A stretch of 64,000 nt of DNA from Catajapyx aquilonaris (lineage: Eukaryota): positions 1 to 64,000 of the forward strand of contig KZ538207.1 in assembly GCA_000934665.2 (NCBI GenBank). The letters are read 5' to 3'. The translations under genes were made by a program, and so were the position numbers. Position 1 is the first letter of the stretch, and the number at the start of each line of letters is the position of its first letter. The notes below the pieces were generated by a model. The model saw nothing but the letters and a program-made list of their open reading frames with translations. It was not told the DNA's origin and ran no database searches. This document shows positions 25,901-36,485 of the stretch, piece by piece.

Positions 25901-28900
25901 TACAAAGTGCTGAAATATATTTGTCCTGCAATAAGAAGTTAGTTGAATTTTAGTAAATCCACTGTCTTACAATATCTATTACCTTGCTCTCCTCTTCCAG
26001 GGCCTTCTGGGAGACTTCATACCTTGTCTTCATTATGTTGTACAATTCCATATTCCGTTCTGCTTTAATGATGTGTGACTCGATGATCTTTTTAACATCA
26101 CTTTCCATTTTCGGGCTAAAAATAAAGTTACTCGCTTCCCTGTGAAACAACACATGGTTTTAGAGAAGCACAACCATTAAGAGTAAAATATTTTAAACAG
26201 ACACTGATTCTCACTTGGATAATTTTGCAGCTCCTCTTAGTAACTTTAGCTGCGTACGTTTAATAATCACGCAATCCTCTTTGCAGATCTGAAAGAAAAT
26301 AAATAAGTCAGACCACTTGGACAGAAAACATGTCTTCCACCATCCATTCATGAGTTCTGCTAAATAAACTGATGGAAGAGAATTTACTCGAGACCATGAG
26401 CAGGCCTCATTGTCCTAGTGTCACGTAGTGATGTTAAGGTATGCACATTACAATAGTGACAGTCTTCAAGTGCATATCTGAGTATCTCCTGTGTTTAGGT
26501 CTATGTCTGAGATAATTACAAATGAAATCCCATGTCACTGCTCTCGGGATTGGTTTGAACATTTGTAAGTGAGGGAGAGGGTAAGGACAAGAGGTGGGAT
26601 AGATCCAACGCCACTTTGGCATTGGATCCCCCCGTGAATAACTGAAGCCAACACCGCATGCAACTAATGAACAACAGATTAGTACTTCTACACAAGCAGC
26701 ATGCAAAATGTGAGTAATTCCCAACACTTGACTTTCCATAATCGTCGTCGGCAATGCAAAAACCTCGTAACTCGCAATTTGGCCGATATAGAGTTACTCG
26801 TGCAGTTGTGTCCTGAAAAATTGTCCGCATCGACCTGCAAAACCTTGCATTCTCCGGACCAATAAAACTGGGTGTTTAGGTCCCCTCCACCCCTCCGATA
26901 GCCCACCGAGATCGGAGGCAAGACCTTGTATTTCTTTCACCAGCCACAATGGCGGCCGTCCTGTTGATCACGTAGGCTTAAGTAAGGGAGTTACCACACC
27001 TGCACTTATGCTCATGAGTCATGAGGTACTGCACCTCTTCATGACGACAGGATCAAGTATTGTCTGCTGATTGCATCATTATTGTTAGATAACAATAATG
27101 ATGCAATCAGCCCACAAAGAAAACTTAATACTGTATATAGGAGGTTTTGCAAGCCACTCATCTACCGTGTAACAGAACTTTTGCGAGGTTATGAAGGAAC
27201 ATGTTTTTCCTTGTCCTGTAAAACGACATTATCGCGAGATACGAGGTTTTGCATTGCCGACGACGATATACGGTACGTAAGCTACAGACTCCTGCCTCGA
27301 AACAATTAAGGCGCAACGGACATCAAAGTGAGAACCTCTCTTCTCTTTAAGATAGCACAACCATCCAGAGACGCATCAAGCCTCTCACTTCACATGTCCT
27401 CGCAGCCTTAATGACATGTGCAGGTTAGCCCCTACACGTTCACACAAATGCGAAGAACCAAACGACGACCAGGCCTAGGTCTGTGACATCAGACCATTTC
27501 CATCGACAATGTTTTCCGCCCATTTGCAACATCGGCTTTATCAAACTAGCCATTACCAACTCATTGTTACTATACTGTACTCCTGATTATCCATACGGAT
27601 AATCTGAAAATGGTCATCCGAGAATGCACGTCTAGCACCTCCCACTTTTCAAATGCTCCGAGTACCAAGTGAAGCGACCACTATCTCATTACAACCACTC
27701 CACTGCCAAAGGAAATATTACTCAGGTGCTTGTGCTTTTTATTTGTAAATTGATATTGAGATATGATGCACTTTTGTGTGTAATTGTTTTATAAAGTAAC
27801 AACATTCTTTCAAAAACGTCATCATCTGGCAACCTGGAAATTTGAAAAGTGGGAGGTGCTAGATGTGCATTCTCGGAGGGCCGCCACCTATAGATACCAT
27901 AAAAATGAGCTATTCACAGGTTTTTAGTAAACTACTGCATGTTGTTTTACCTAAAGTTTAATGTAATATAACAAAACTTTCCATAGATTTTTAGTTTGTC
28001 ATCTAGAAAAAATCTGTTACATTTCTTTGTTTGCAAGACATACAGTAAAACTTCTATAAGTCGAACTTCCCTAAGTCGAAGTTCTCCATAACTCAAAGTG
28101 CTGGCAGGGCCTGAAGATGGGATATCAATGCATTTTCAGTCTCCCTAAGTCGAAGTTCATGTTGGCGAGGACGGAAAATTTTCTAATTTCCCAGCCGAAG
28201 GGTCGAGAGTAGCCCACATGTACAGAAAGGCTCAATTTCCTGATCTCCGTCTACCAGACGTACCAAAAGAAGTGTTTGACTCGATTGTGACAATTGAATC
28301 CTTGAATCTAAGAGTAGGCAAATGTCCATAACGTGGTTTTTTTTTTTACAAAAAATAAACGAGGAACATTGCAAGTGTGATAGTGACAGTTATTTTTAAG
28401 TTTTGAACACCTTTCGTCGCTGGATATACAGGTAGGCTTCCTTATAGAGTTATGTGCTTAAAAAATTCCAAACTTCTCTAACTCGAATCTTCTATAACTT
28501 GAAGTTTTTCCCCGGTCCCATGGAGATTCGACTTATAGATACTGTATTGGCATTTTTTTGAACTTTTTTTAAATAAATTATTTGACAATGCACGAATAAT
28601 CCGCACCTTGATAATCGGGAGTACAGTGTATTATTATTATCATTATCATTAATAATATTAATATTGTTGTTCTTGTTGCTATTACAGTTGAAACTGGATA
28701 TAACAGACTTCAAGGGATCACAGATAAAAGTCTGTTATAGCCAAATTGCCACTTTTAAATGAATACACAAAATTTTCTGTTTTCCATATGCTGATAATGC
28801 ACACTACTACTGCATACTGATTAATGAAACAATCCACAAAATGCGAAATCAGCTCATCCATAAATTACGCAGGTCCAAAAAAAATCCACAATTTTCTCCT

Positions 28901-29648
28901 GATGTCACCTGCTTGCCGGATGTACCAGAAAATGTATTATTTTGACCTTTTCGTCAAGTGTCAGATCATTGAATGTTGGGAAGATCACTTCCGCTCTATA
29001 CTTTACAGTGCTTTCCTCGCATGGGATAGGAAGCTGAGTAAGCAACAGAAGCTTATTTTCTCATGGAGGGGCCAAGAAATTGTATGTTATAGCCGAGATG
29101 AGGTGAAAATGTGTATGTTATATCAGGACGCTGGGTCACTTGCCCTCCAATGGGGTAAAATAAATAAAAAAAATAAAAAAAAAAATATCAGGACGCAGGG
29201 GCTTATGGAAGTATGGCAGGACCGACCTTTTGATTTGAAACAGATTCAACTGCATTGTTGTTGCTGTTTGAGCAGATGAACATAAAACATCTGTAACGAG
29301 CAATTGTTACCACCAGGTGCAGCGAAACGCTCGACATTTTTGTTGAAGTTTATGAGCGTTCCGCAGCCACTTGACGGACAACAATCCCTCTTTTCGTGGC
29401 TGTTTGGTACCGCAAATGGTGTGAACTTTTGAAATCGGCAATCGAGACACTCTAACCTTGCCGGTAGTGGTCCCAGGTTCAGCTTTGACCCAGGGCAGCC
29501 CCGCTAATGCTTCTGCGAGTCTGCCAACTGGCACGTCTACTATCTTTGCACCAAACACTGCTTTGAGCCGGTCGTACACAACCCCATACTTCTCTGCCTC
29601 CAGGGAGCCGCAAGTGGCCGGATCGGAGACGGGTCCATCAGGGTTCAT
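13994..29648 (-). CDS. ICE1: Little elongation complex subunit 1-like (16 exons, ~2346 aa)
   Basis: Exons 29648-29457, 26288-26215, 26139-25983, 25856-25709, 25292-25098, 24404-24255 (weak acceptor, least certain), 22645-22556, 21862-21752, 21627-21487, 21414-16780, 16372-16246, 15705-15317, 15167-15006, 14931-14761, 14702-14607 and 14196-13994 total 7041 nt in frame. Architecture: N-terminal coiled coil, huge disordered S/P/E-rich middle, helical C-terminus. The C-terminal segments GVLCKDHKNLNRARDFCFD..WPELW, IVLLARVMKWKWV and VPRCVQEAAVEALTRL resemble the ICE1 C-terminal domain as I recall it. Confidence 0.8.
14412..14505. mobile_element. Short Tigger/pogo-like MITE in an ICE1 intron
   Basis: CAGTTG..TCCGGATAT.ACAGAC / GTCTGTTATATCCGGA..CAACTG-TA. 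A related end occurs at ~28685-28742. Confidence 0.55.
16890..17117 (-). repeat. Coding duplication, 2 x ~114 bp (PSLAPSGISS...SGQLPNP)
   Basis: Two ~38-aa copies near the end of the giant ICE1 exon. Confidence 0.8.
17920..18110 (-). repeat. Coding 54-bp tandem repeat (SPxSPGSP... units)
   Basis: SPPSPGSPGPGIQDTLEL / SPLSPGSPGREIRDTSGL / SPTSPGSPACKIEDISAL. Confidence 0.8.
18680..19550 (-). repeat. Hierarchical coding repeat: three 225-290-bp units containing 24-bp SPEPEESP(M/L) subunits
   Basis: The anchor gaagttgaaaccctttgctgcgtcagtttctga occurs at 18981, 19272 and 19497; tctggttctggcgaca(t/a)tggcgattct subunits are nested within. Confidence 0.9.
22992..23385. mobile_element. MITE-like element with internal GAGAGCCGA repeats
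   Basis: Imperfect terminal inverted repeats cact..caagggggtagtcact / agtgactaccccattg..cagtg. Confidence 0.55.
23598..23830 (-). pseudogene. Possible decayed hAT transposase C-terminal (dimerisation) fragment
   Basis: The translation NLYRTLLQ...KMKRLK...RQVLNLL...LMPVE loosely resembles the hAT dimerisation domain; highly degenerate. Confidence 0.25.
24725..24945 (-). mobile_element. SINE-like fragment (Deu/Nin-type core)
   Basis: The minus strand reads CCTTCGGAGGGGAAGTAAAGCTGTCGGTCC...GCACATTAAAGATCCC...ACGTTAAACCCC, resembling the Deu/Nin SINE core and tail (recognised from memory). Confidence 0.45.
26736..27273. mobile_element. Non-autonomous DNA transposon with ~45-bp TIRs
   Basis: atcgtcgtcggcaatgcaaaaacctcgta.ctcgc at 26741 is inverted at ~27230-27267; the right end is tatacgg-TA. 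Confidence 0.65.
27617..27877. mobile_element. MITE with ~37-bp TIRs
   Basis: tccgagaatgcacgtctagcacctcccacttttcaaat / atttgaaaagtgggaggtgctagatgtgcattctcgga. Confidence 0.7.
28043..28544. mobile_element. Tigger/pogo-like MITE
   Basis: TA-CAGTA..CTATAAGTCGAA ... TTCGACTTATAG..TACTG-TA, with internal ctaagtcgaag repeats. Confidence 0.7.
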
Positions 29649-29830
29649 CCTCCGCCCCCCGGGGCTGGGGGAAGCGTCCGTCGGGGGCGTCGCAAGGGCG
29701 TCGCAGGCAACCACGGAGACCTTCTTTTTAATTAGAACGTTCTTGGAACGTCGAGCCCGGCGTCGTCCATCGGGCCAGAAGCGTGCTCGGGCATGGAGGA
29801 AAAAAACGCAGCTGTTATTTGCACCCGAGT

Positions 29831-29862
29831 AGCCGCTACCGTTTCGAAAGTAACTGATATTG
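29831..29862 (-). promoter_or_regulatory. Candidate promoter block of the ICE1-like gene
   Basis: agccgctac...gtaactgatattg lies ~185 nt upstream of the ATG and resembles the block upstream of the paralog (35803-35831). Confidence 0.35.
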
Positions 29863-31079
29863 GGATGGAACATTAGGGGAACAAGTACGCTGTACGCAGC
29901 AGTATTACGCACATTACAAGTGTAATGCCCTGCAGCAATTTTGACCGCTCGTTGTAATTACTCACAGCACTTGTTACTGGATTTGATATTATATTTGTAG
30001 GTAGGTATAGGTATAGCTAATCACGGTGGTGCTAATGTAGCTGTTATGGATCCGGCGGGTAGCTAGTTTCGCATGTTGGCCGATAGAGGCGCTGCCGGCT
30101 TTAGAATTTTTGCTTGTTCGTTTTTTTTTAAATGTTTTTTTTGTTATTAAGATTAGAGGGAGATTTTTTTTAAATTTTTAATTATTTTATAATCAAAATT
30201 AACATGTGCGGGCTTGTTAGTGTGAATATTTCGTTTGGGCTGTTCCGCCCATTTTGATTGGAAAAATGGCGCCAAGTTCAAACTTAACAATTATTGCAGT
30301 GCAATTGTGGAAAGGTTGCAAAAAATTATTGTTAAAATATTAATTAGGATAACAATTTTCATTTACGGTGCATTTATGTACACAATTAGCTGCACTAATA
30401 TTAGCAACATGTTTTATTACACTATAATTGGATGGAGTTATGCAATAATGAGTCAACCCACATAAGGTGCTTTGAAGGTCATACCCGATACCTGTGAAAT
30501 TAATTCTTTGCAGTCAATTTATGGCAGAAGTATGCAGATTTCGCATGGGTGATTTTAACTGAATGAATTACGATCCCTTGGGTGTCTTTGACATTTTTGT
30601 GGGTTGACAGATTATTGCATAACACCATCCAATTATGGTTAAGAGGCTCCACGATATGGTTACAAACATTTTTAAACTGCCAAGTATTAGGATAACAAAA
30701 TTCTTTATTTACAGTGAATATTTGTACATAATTAGCTTCATGGAAAAAGCATTGCCAGACAAACGTGCGTACAGCCAACTCAATTCAGTATGTAAATTTG
30801 GTGTCATTACGACTAGAATCAATCTCAGGAGACATTCCCAGAGTGCGAAATTTGACCCACTACATTTTTCAGTGTTTATACCCACATCGCTGACATTTGC
30901 CTGCCATTCTGCAGTGTTGCAATGTCATACATAATCTCGGTTTACAGAGAAAGCTGGTAAATAAAGTGCAGATTAGTGAACCCAGCATATTCTGACGTCT
31001 CATCTAATCATCGCAAGTCTCCATGCCTGTGTTTGTAAGAGTTGACTGCTAATGCCTTGTCTGTTGTTCCATACGCATG

Positions 31080-34000
31080 CTACGTGTCGGCATCAGGTGA
31101 CATGGGGCTTAGCATCGCTTGGCATAAAACGTCTTTCTTAATGTATGCGGGAAGACCTAGATCCCACAGGTTACCTGTAAGGATAAACATCATGGTGAGT
31201 TTTTGTTCATTAATTTTTCTTCCTCTCTGTGCACCTTGCAGTTGAGCAAGCTAATCGTGTACAAGTTTGTTCATGTTTTTAAGATATGACTGCCTGGTGG
31301 GACACATGAGGCCGTACTTCCACAGCAAGAATATTCAAATTTCTTAAGTAATGTAATACTCACTGTCATCCGCATCAGATCCAGGCATTACAGTTCCTTC
31401 CGAGTGCTTGACTTCAGTGCACGTTTCTTCATGACTGAATTCAAAGCATGGCATGCTCAAGGCTGCCTCAGGTACCAGAGTGGACTGCGATGACACAATT
31501 GGATCTGCAAAATAACATTATTTTAACATGACATTTATAACCGAGTGTCACTGTAAAATGATTGTGGCATCATTAATTAATTAATTAAATTAATTAATTA
31601 ATGAAAGCCTTTCACATCACATTATGAAAAGTCACAACTGATTTGGATGCATCCTAAAACCCCATGCCGATTTTAATAAACAAAGATTTTAAATCCTTGA
31701 CTTATCATTAATTAATTTTATTGTGAGCCACATGCACTTACCATCTTCATCATCGGAAATGTCAAATATCGACCCAATGTTGCCCTTTTTGATCGATGTT
31801 GGTTGTGGATTCGGTTTTGGAGAAGCGGCCACTAAAATTATGCAATTGGCAATTTTAATTTTACAACTTCGTATTATTTATGTATTATTAATTTCATTAT
31901 GAGCCCCATTCACTTACCATCTTCGTCATCGGAGAGGTCAAATATTGATCCAATATTGTGCTTTTTGACATGTGTTGGTTGCGAATATGGTTTCGGAGTA
32001 GCAGCCGCTAAAAATGTACAATTGAAAATTAGTTGTATCCACCACCCATTCATGAGTTACGCGAAATAAACTTGATTCAAAGCGAGATCATACACCGGTC
32101 TCATTTTCCTGGCTTTAAGCACACTTTTATGTAGTGTTTATTAATTTATACTGAGCCCCTTGTACTTACCATCTTCTTCATTGGAAAGCTCAAATAATGA
32201 CCCAATGTGGCGCTTTTTGACACATGTTGCTTGTGGATCTGATTTTGGAGAAGCAGCCACTAAAAATGCATAATTAAACATTTTATAGTCACTCATCTGG
32301 TTAGTACAAACTTTTAAGAGTCTAGTATATTTATAGTGCACAACACCTTCATTAGAAGCGGCTTCAACTTCAATTGGATCAGGTGTACTTGAACCGCATG
32401 TATTTGCATTAGCTTGTTCAAATTCATTAAAATCTGAAAGAAAAAGTACATGTAACTAATAAGACCTTGAGATTAAACTAGGTCCACTAATAAATTTCAG
32501 TGTGATTAAAATGCTTAAGAAGCTACCATCTCTTACAACAAATATATTGTGTAATTACCGTCATTGAAATCATCATAACTGTCATTCACTTCAATTCTGT
32601 CGTCAGATTCTGCCATATCCTCATCCTTGTTATGTTGGGAAGCCACAGATTCTGCCGCATCCTCATTATGTTGTGAAGCATCATCATCGTCATCTGCAAA
32701 CAATGGGAAGGTAAAAAGGTTAGTCAAGAGTGCCCCAGGTACGCTTTGAGTACTTCAGAAATTGAAAGGATCCAAAAATTTTCTAACTAAACATGAACGC
32801 ATATACCTGTACTCTCACTGTCAGTTGAACATACTTCGATCAAACTGTCACTAGACGAATTGTGCTGATCCTCTACAGCTTTTACAGGTGAAGTCAAATC
32901 AACAGAAGTTCGAGCTGTAACAAAGTACTGGCTATTAGTTCGGAATAACCTCAACCAAGTACCTGCATCGACCTGCACACCAAATGCAATGCAGACATCT
33001 TCATAGTTTCAACGCTGCCCCCAAATACGTGCAAAAAGAAAAATTCACAGCAATTTTATACGTTCTAGCTCTCAATTAGAGCGACCACATTTGAAACACT
33101 GAGTCGTGTTATAGTTACTGTACCCAAATTGCGATATGTCTACAGGCCCCATGTGCAGGTTGAGCATGCAGCTACGCCCTAGTCATCATGACTGGTCATT
33201 TCAGATATTAAAACTCTGAACAGCATGGGTGGTAAGCACTGCAAATGAGACAGATGCACCGCCACATGGTCGGTGCAATAGTCCATCATCACAATGCACA
33301 TTTTTTTTAGCAATTTTATAAAAAAAACCATACATCACCAAGTTCAAATGGAAATTGGCAGTGCACATACTTGGAAGCATCTTTTAATTCAAAAACAAAC
33401 AAAAAAGTGCAGGAAGATCTCACAACTCCCTGCAGCGAAATGTTAAATTTACCATAACGCTGTTCCACATAATTGTATCTGACGAGGTTCCTTCCTGTCG
33501 ATCATGGTCTAGCCGCTGGAACATGCCTGGCTCCCAACGGACGGGAAAGGGGAAACCATGCCCATTGCTATGGCTCAACCACTTTCCAACATCCCCTGTT
33601 TTTTTTTTGGTATTTTTGGGATAGTGCAGGCCAGGCAAAAAAAGAAAAGGAAAAAACAAAATGACATGAGAGAAACATGAATGAAACTCATACCCTAGCT
33701 GAAATAGTAAGGTTTAGTTGAGATGGCAAGTGAAACAACTGGTCCTTCTTAGGCGGACTTACAGCAGGTAGTAGTTTCATGAAGAAATACTGCACAGTTC
33801 ATGAAACATTACGAATAAAGTTGAAAGTTATACTGTACCTGAAAGTTTCACAAGATATAATTATTTTAAGTCTCACCTCGATGACCATCAAATTCAGAAT
33901 TGATTGACGGTGAAGGTGTCCACATGTCCATTAGACAATCTTCTCGTCCAGTACTTCCTGCTAACTTGATCTGTCTCTCCGATTCCACACATTCAGTATA

Positions 34001-35558
34001 CTTTTGGGATGATGCAACTAATTTTTCCAGCTCAGCACACTTTTCTTGCCAAGTACCCACTTCAACTGCAAAATAAAATAAACAATGAGCAATGTTATAA
34101 TTTTCCGCACTTATCCTGTTGTGTTCAATGCACCAGTAACAGAGAACGCCAGATTTTAGAAATATTTTGTCAGATGTTACGCTCTCATACACCGACTGTA
34201 AATGACGACATTGTATGTAATGGACAGCTCAAATAATTAATTTGAAAACGTCCCGATGAGATTTTGCAATATTAACATGTATTAAAACAGACAGAATTCA
34301 GGAAGTAAATAATGACTGGAAAATTATTATTTATTAACACACTTAGGCCGGGTTGCACCGGCTCCCAGAAAATTTATCTGGCTGAAGAAGAGCAAGGATA
34401 GTTCGTTATTCATTGTTGACAGAATTGTTGATAACAAACTATCCTGGCTCTTCTTCGGCCAGATAAATTTTCTGGGAGCCGGTGCAACCCGGCCTTAATT
34501 TGACCCTTTACAAAATTTTGATCCGATTAAACTTAAACTTTGACGCTACTATTTAATGGATAACCTTGAGTATTGCAAGCATGTATCGGATCGAGTCTAA
34601 CTTACTTTGCAGGTGGCCTTCTCTTCTCGACAACCTCCTAACCTGATACTTTAACTTCTTCAACTGCGCTTCGTCCACCTTTACTCCACCGTTTTTCTGC
34701 TTTTCCATGAACAAGGCTGTTTCCAGATCTGCTTTTCTGGAAGCCTCCTGCGTTAACAGTACTCGTTGTTTTTGGACAATCTGCGAATCGAAGTACAAAA
34801 ATTAATTTGCAAGTATAAAGCGAAAAAGTGTCATTGCACACCACACTTGACACCAGTAATTTGATAGGTGAACTTGCACTTGGAATTATTATCCCATTGC
34901 ATTTACTCACACCTTACGATGCAAGCTGACAAGTTCGTTTAAAATTACCTCCTGCGCCTGTTCCGCAGACTTCTTCATCGCCTCAAATCTCTGCATCATT
35001 AACTCATACAATTTTGTACTTTTCAGTGCGGCAGCCTGCAACATCTCCACATTATTTCTCTGAATTTTGTTGATCCTTCGTAGCTCTCTTACGGTCTGAA
35101 CCACCTGACTGTTGAGAGAGAAACATCGTATAAGAAACCGCAAGTAAATTACTACTCTACACAAATGAACCTCACCGATAAGACTTGCAGCGACCCATCA
35201 ACACCCTCAGCAGCTTACGGTCCACGAGCACCCGGTTCTCATCATATGTCTGAAAAAGAATTCAGTCGCTTGGTCATACACAAAATTACACATGCTTTTC
35301 ACGCTCTTATTACATGAGCATCACTAGTCGTAAGAGCGGCGATGTTGCCATGGTATGTTGCTGTTGCCATGGTAACCTCCCCACAGAACAGACTTGGCCT
35401 TTTATATACATGCGATTTTATACCTGCACAGAGTCCCTGGATCCAACGGCAAGCATCGTGACGAACTCCGGGTCTCCGTAGTTGCCGGCACCCTCGGGTT
35501 GGGCCGCGGGCTGGGCCCAGGCTGATAGCTCAGGAGGAGTGGACGAGAGAAGCTCCAT
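31080..35558 (-). CDS. Truncated ICE1-like tandem paralog (13 exons, ~522 aa; coiled coil plus acidic region, no C-terminal domain)
   Basis: Exons 35558-35424, 35249-35176, 35108-34949, 34780-34606, 34065-33877, 32914-32807, 32693-32559, 32433-32347, 32259-32170, 32007-31918, 31831-31742, 31504-31364 and 31174-31080 total 1569 nt in frame, all GT-AG. Homologous exons share phases with ICE1, two have identical sizes (74 and 141 nt), and the peptides align: KLYELMMQRFE/ELYNIMKTRYE, EVGTWQEKCAELEK/EIERWRAKVVTLEE, STLVPEAALSMPCFEFS/TTLVPENLKSMPTFEFS, SNLWDLGLP..C..MLSP/DSLWDEGIP..C..MVSP. Confidence 0.75.
31742..32259 (-). repeat. Triplicated 90-bp exon
   Basis: VAASPKSDPQATCVKKRHIGSLFELSNEED / AAATPKPYSQPTHVKKHNIGSIFDLSDDED / VAASPKPNPQPTSIKKGNIGSIFDISDDED; each is phase 1-1 with similar flanking intron sequence. 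Confidence 0.85.
34346..34494. mobile_element. PIF/Harbinger (Tourist-like) MITE
   Basis: A 149-bp near-perfect palindrome GGCCGGGTTGCACCGGCTCCCAG...CTGGGAGCCGGTGCAACCCGGCC flanked by TTA on both sides. Confidence 0.85.
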
Positions 35559-35818
35559 GCTTAGGGTCATCTCTCGTCTCTCTCTCTCTCTCTCTGTGGG
35601 TCTCTCTCAGTCAAGAAGAACGACGAACGACAACGACATAACGACAGAACGAAGAAGAAACGAAACCCGTGCGAACAACAAAGGACCCAAAAAAAAAAGA
35701 AGATGAAAAAACGCCAAGAAAACGTTTCTTCTGGGGGGGGGGGGGACGAATCGAANGGACGAATCGAACGAAAGCGTAGCTGCTATCCAAAGCGTTTCTA
35801 GGAGCGGCTACTTCCCTG

Positions 35819-35842
35819 GTAACTGTTATCGATAACGGTTAC
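35819..35842. promoter_or_regulatory. DRE (TATCGATA) inside a 24-bp palindrome upstream of the ICE1 paralog
   Basis: GTAACTGTTATCGATAACGGTTAC, with TATCGATA at 35827-35834, ~270 nt upstream of the ATG. Confidence 0.55.
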
Positions 35843-36019
35843 TGCAGGAAAGGATTAAATTAAATAAAAAGGATAAATCAAATGGGTATTAAAACGGATA
35901 TGAAACCCTTGTGCTATACAGACACTACATTCAAATTGCTGCTCCCTTGGCTTGATGCTGTGTATTTTTGTGTATATGGACCTAAAGTTGAAATTATTAC
36001 TTATTTATTTTTTATATTT

Positions 36020-36485
36020 AAATTAGGTATTATGTATTATTATATATTTCATGTATTATTTTACATTTACTGTATAATGTATTTTTATTACATTATTTTA
36101 TATTTACTGCATTACGTATAATTATTTTTATTACATTATGTATTATTTTTATTACATTATGTATTATTTTTATTACATTATGCCTATTATTTTTATATTT
36201 ATTGCATTATGTATAATTATTTTTATTACATTATGTATTTTTATTACATTATGTATTAGTTTTATTACCGTATATTATGTATTATTTTATATTTACTGCA
36301 TTATGTATAATTATTTTTATTACATTATGTATAATTATTTTTGTTACATTATGTATAATTATTTTTGTTACATTATGTATTTTTATTACATTATGTATTA
36401 GTTTTATTACCGTATATTATGTATTAGTTTTATTACCGTATATTATGTATTATTGTTTTTATTGTATTATGTATTATTTTATATT
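36020..36485. repeat. AT-rich minisatellite (ttattacattatgtat(aa)ttatt-type units)
   Basis: Many degenerate ~20-25-bp copies; these explain the spurious Y/I/F/C-rich ORFs here. Confidence 0.85.

Noticed and set aside
33420..33800. Extra exon(s) of the ICE1 paralog
   Set aside because: The candidate splice sites did not give a stop-free, phase-compatible exon; left out, though not excluded.
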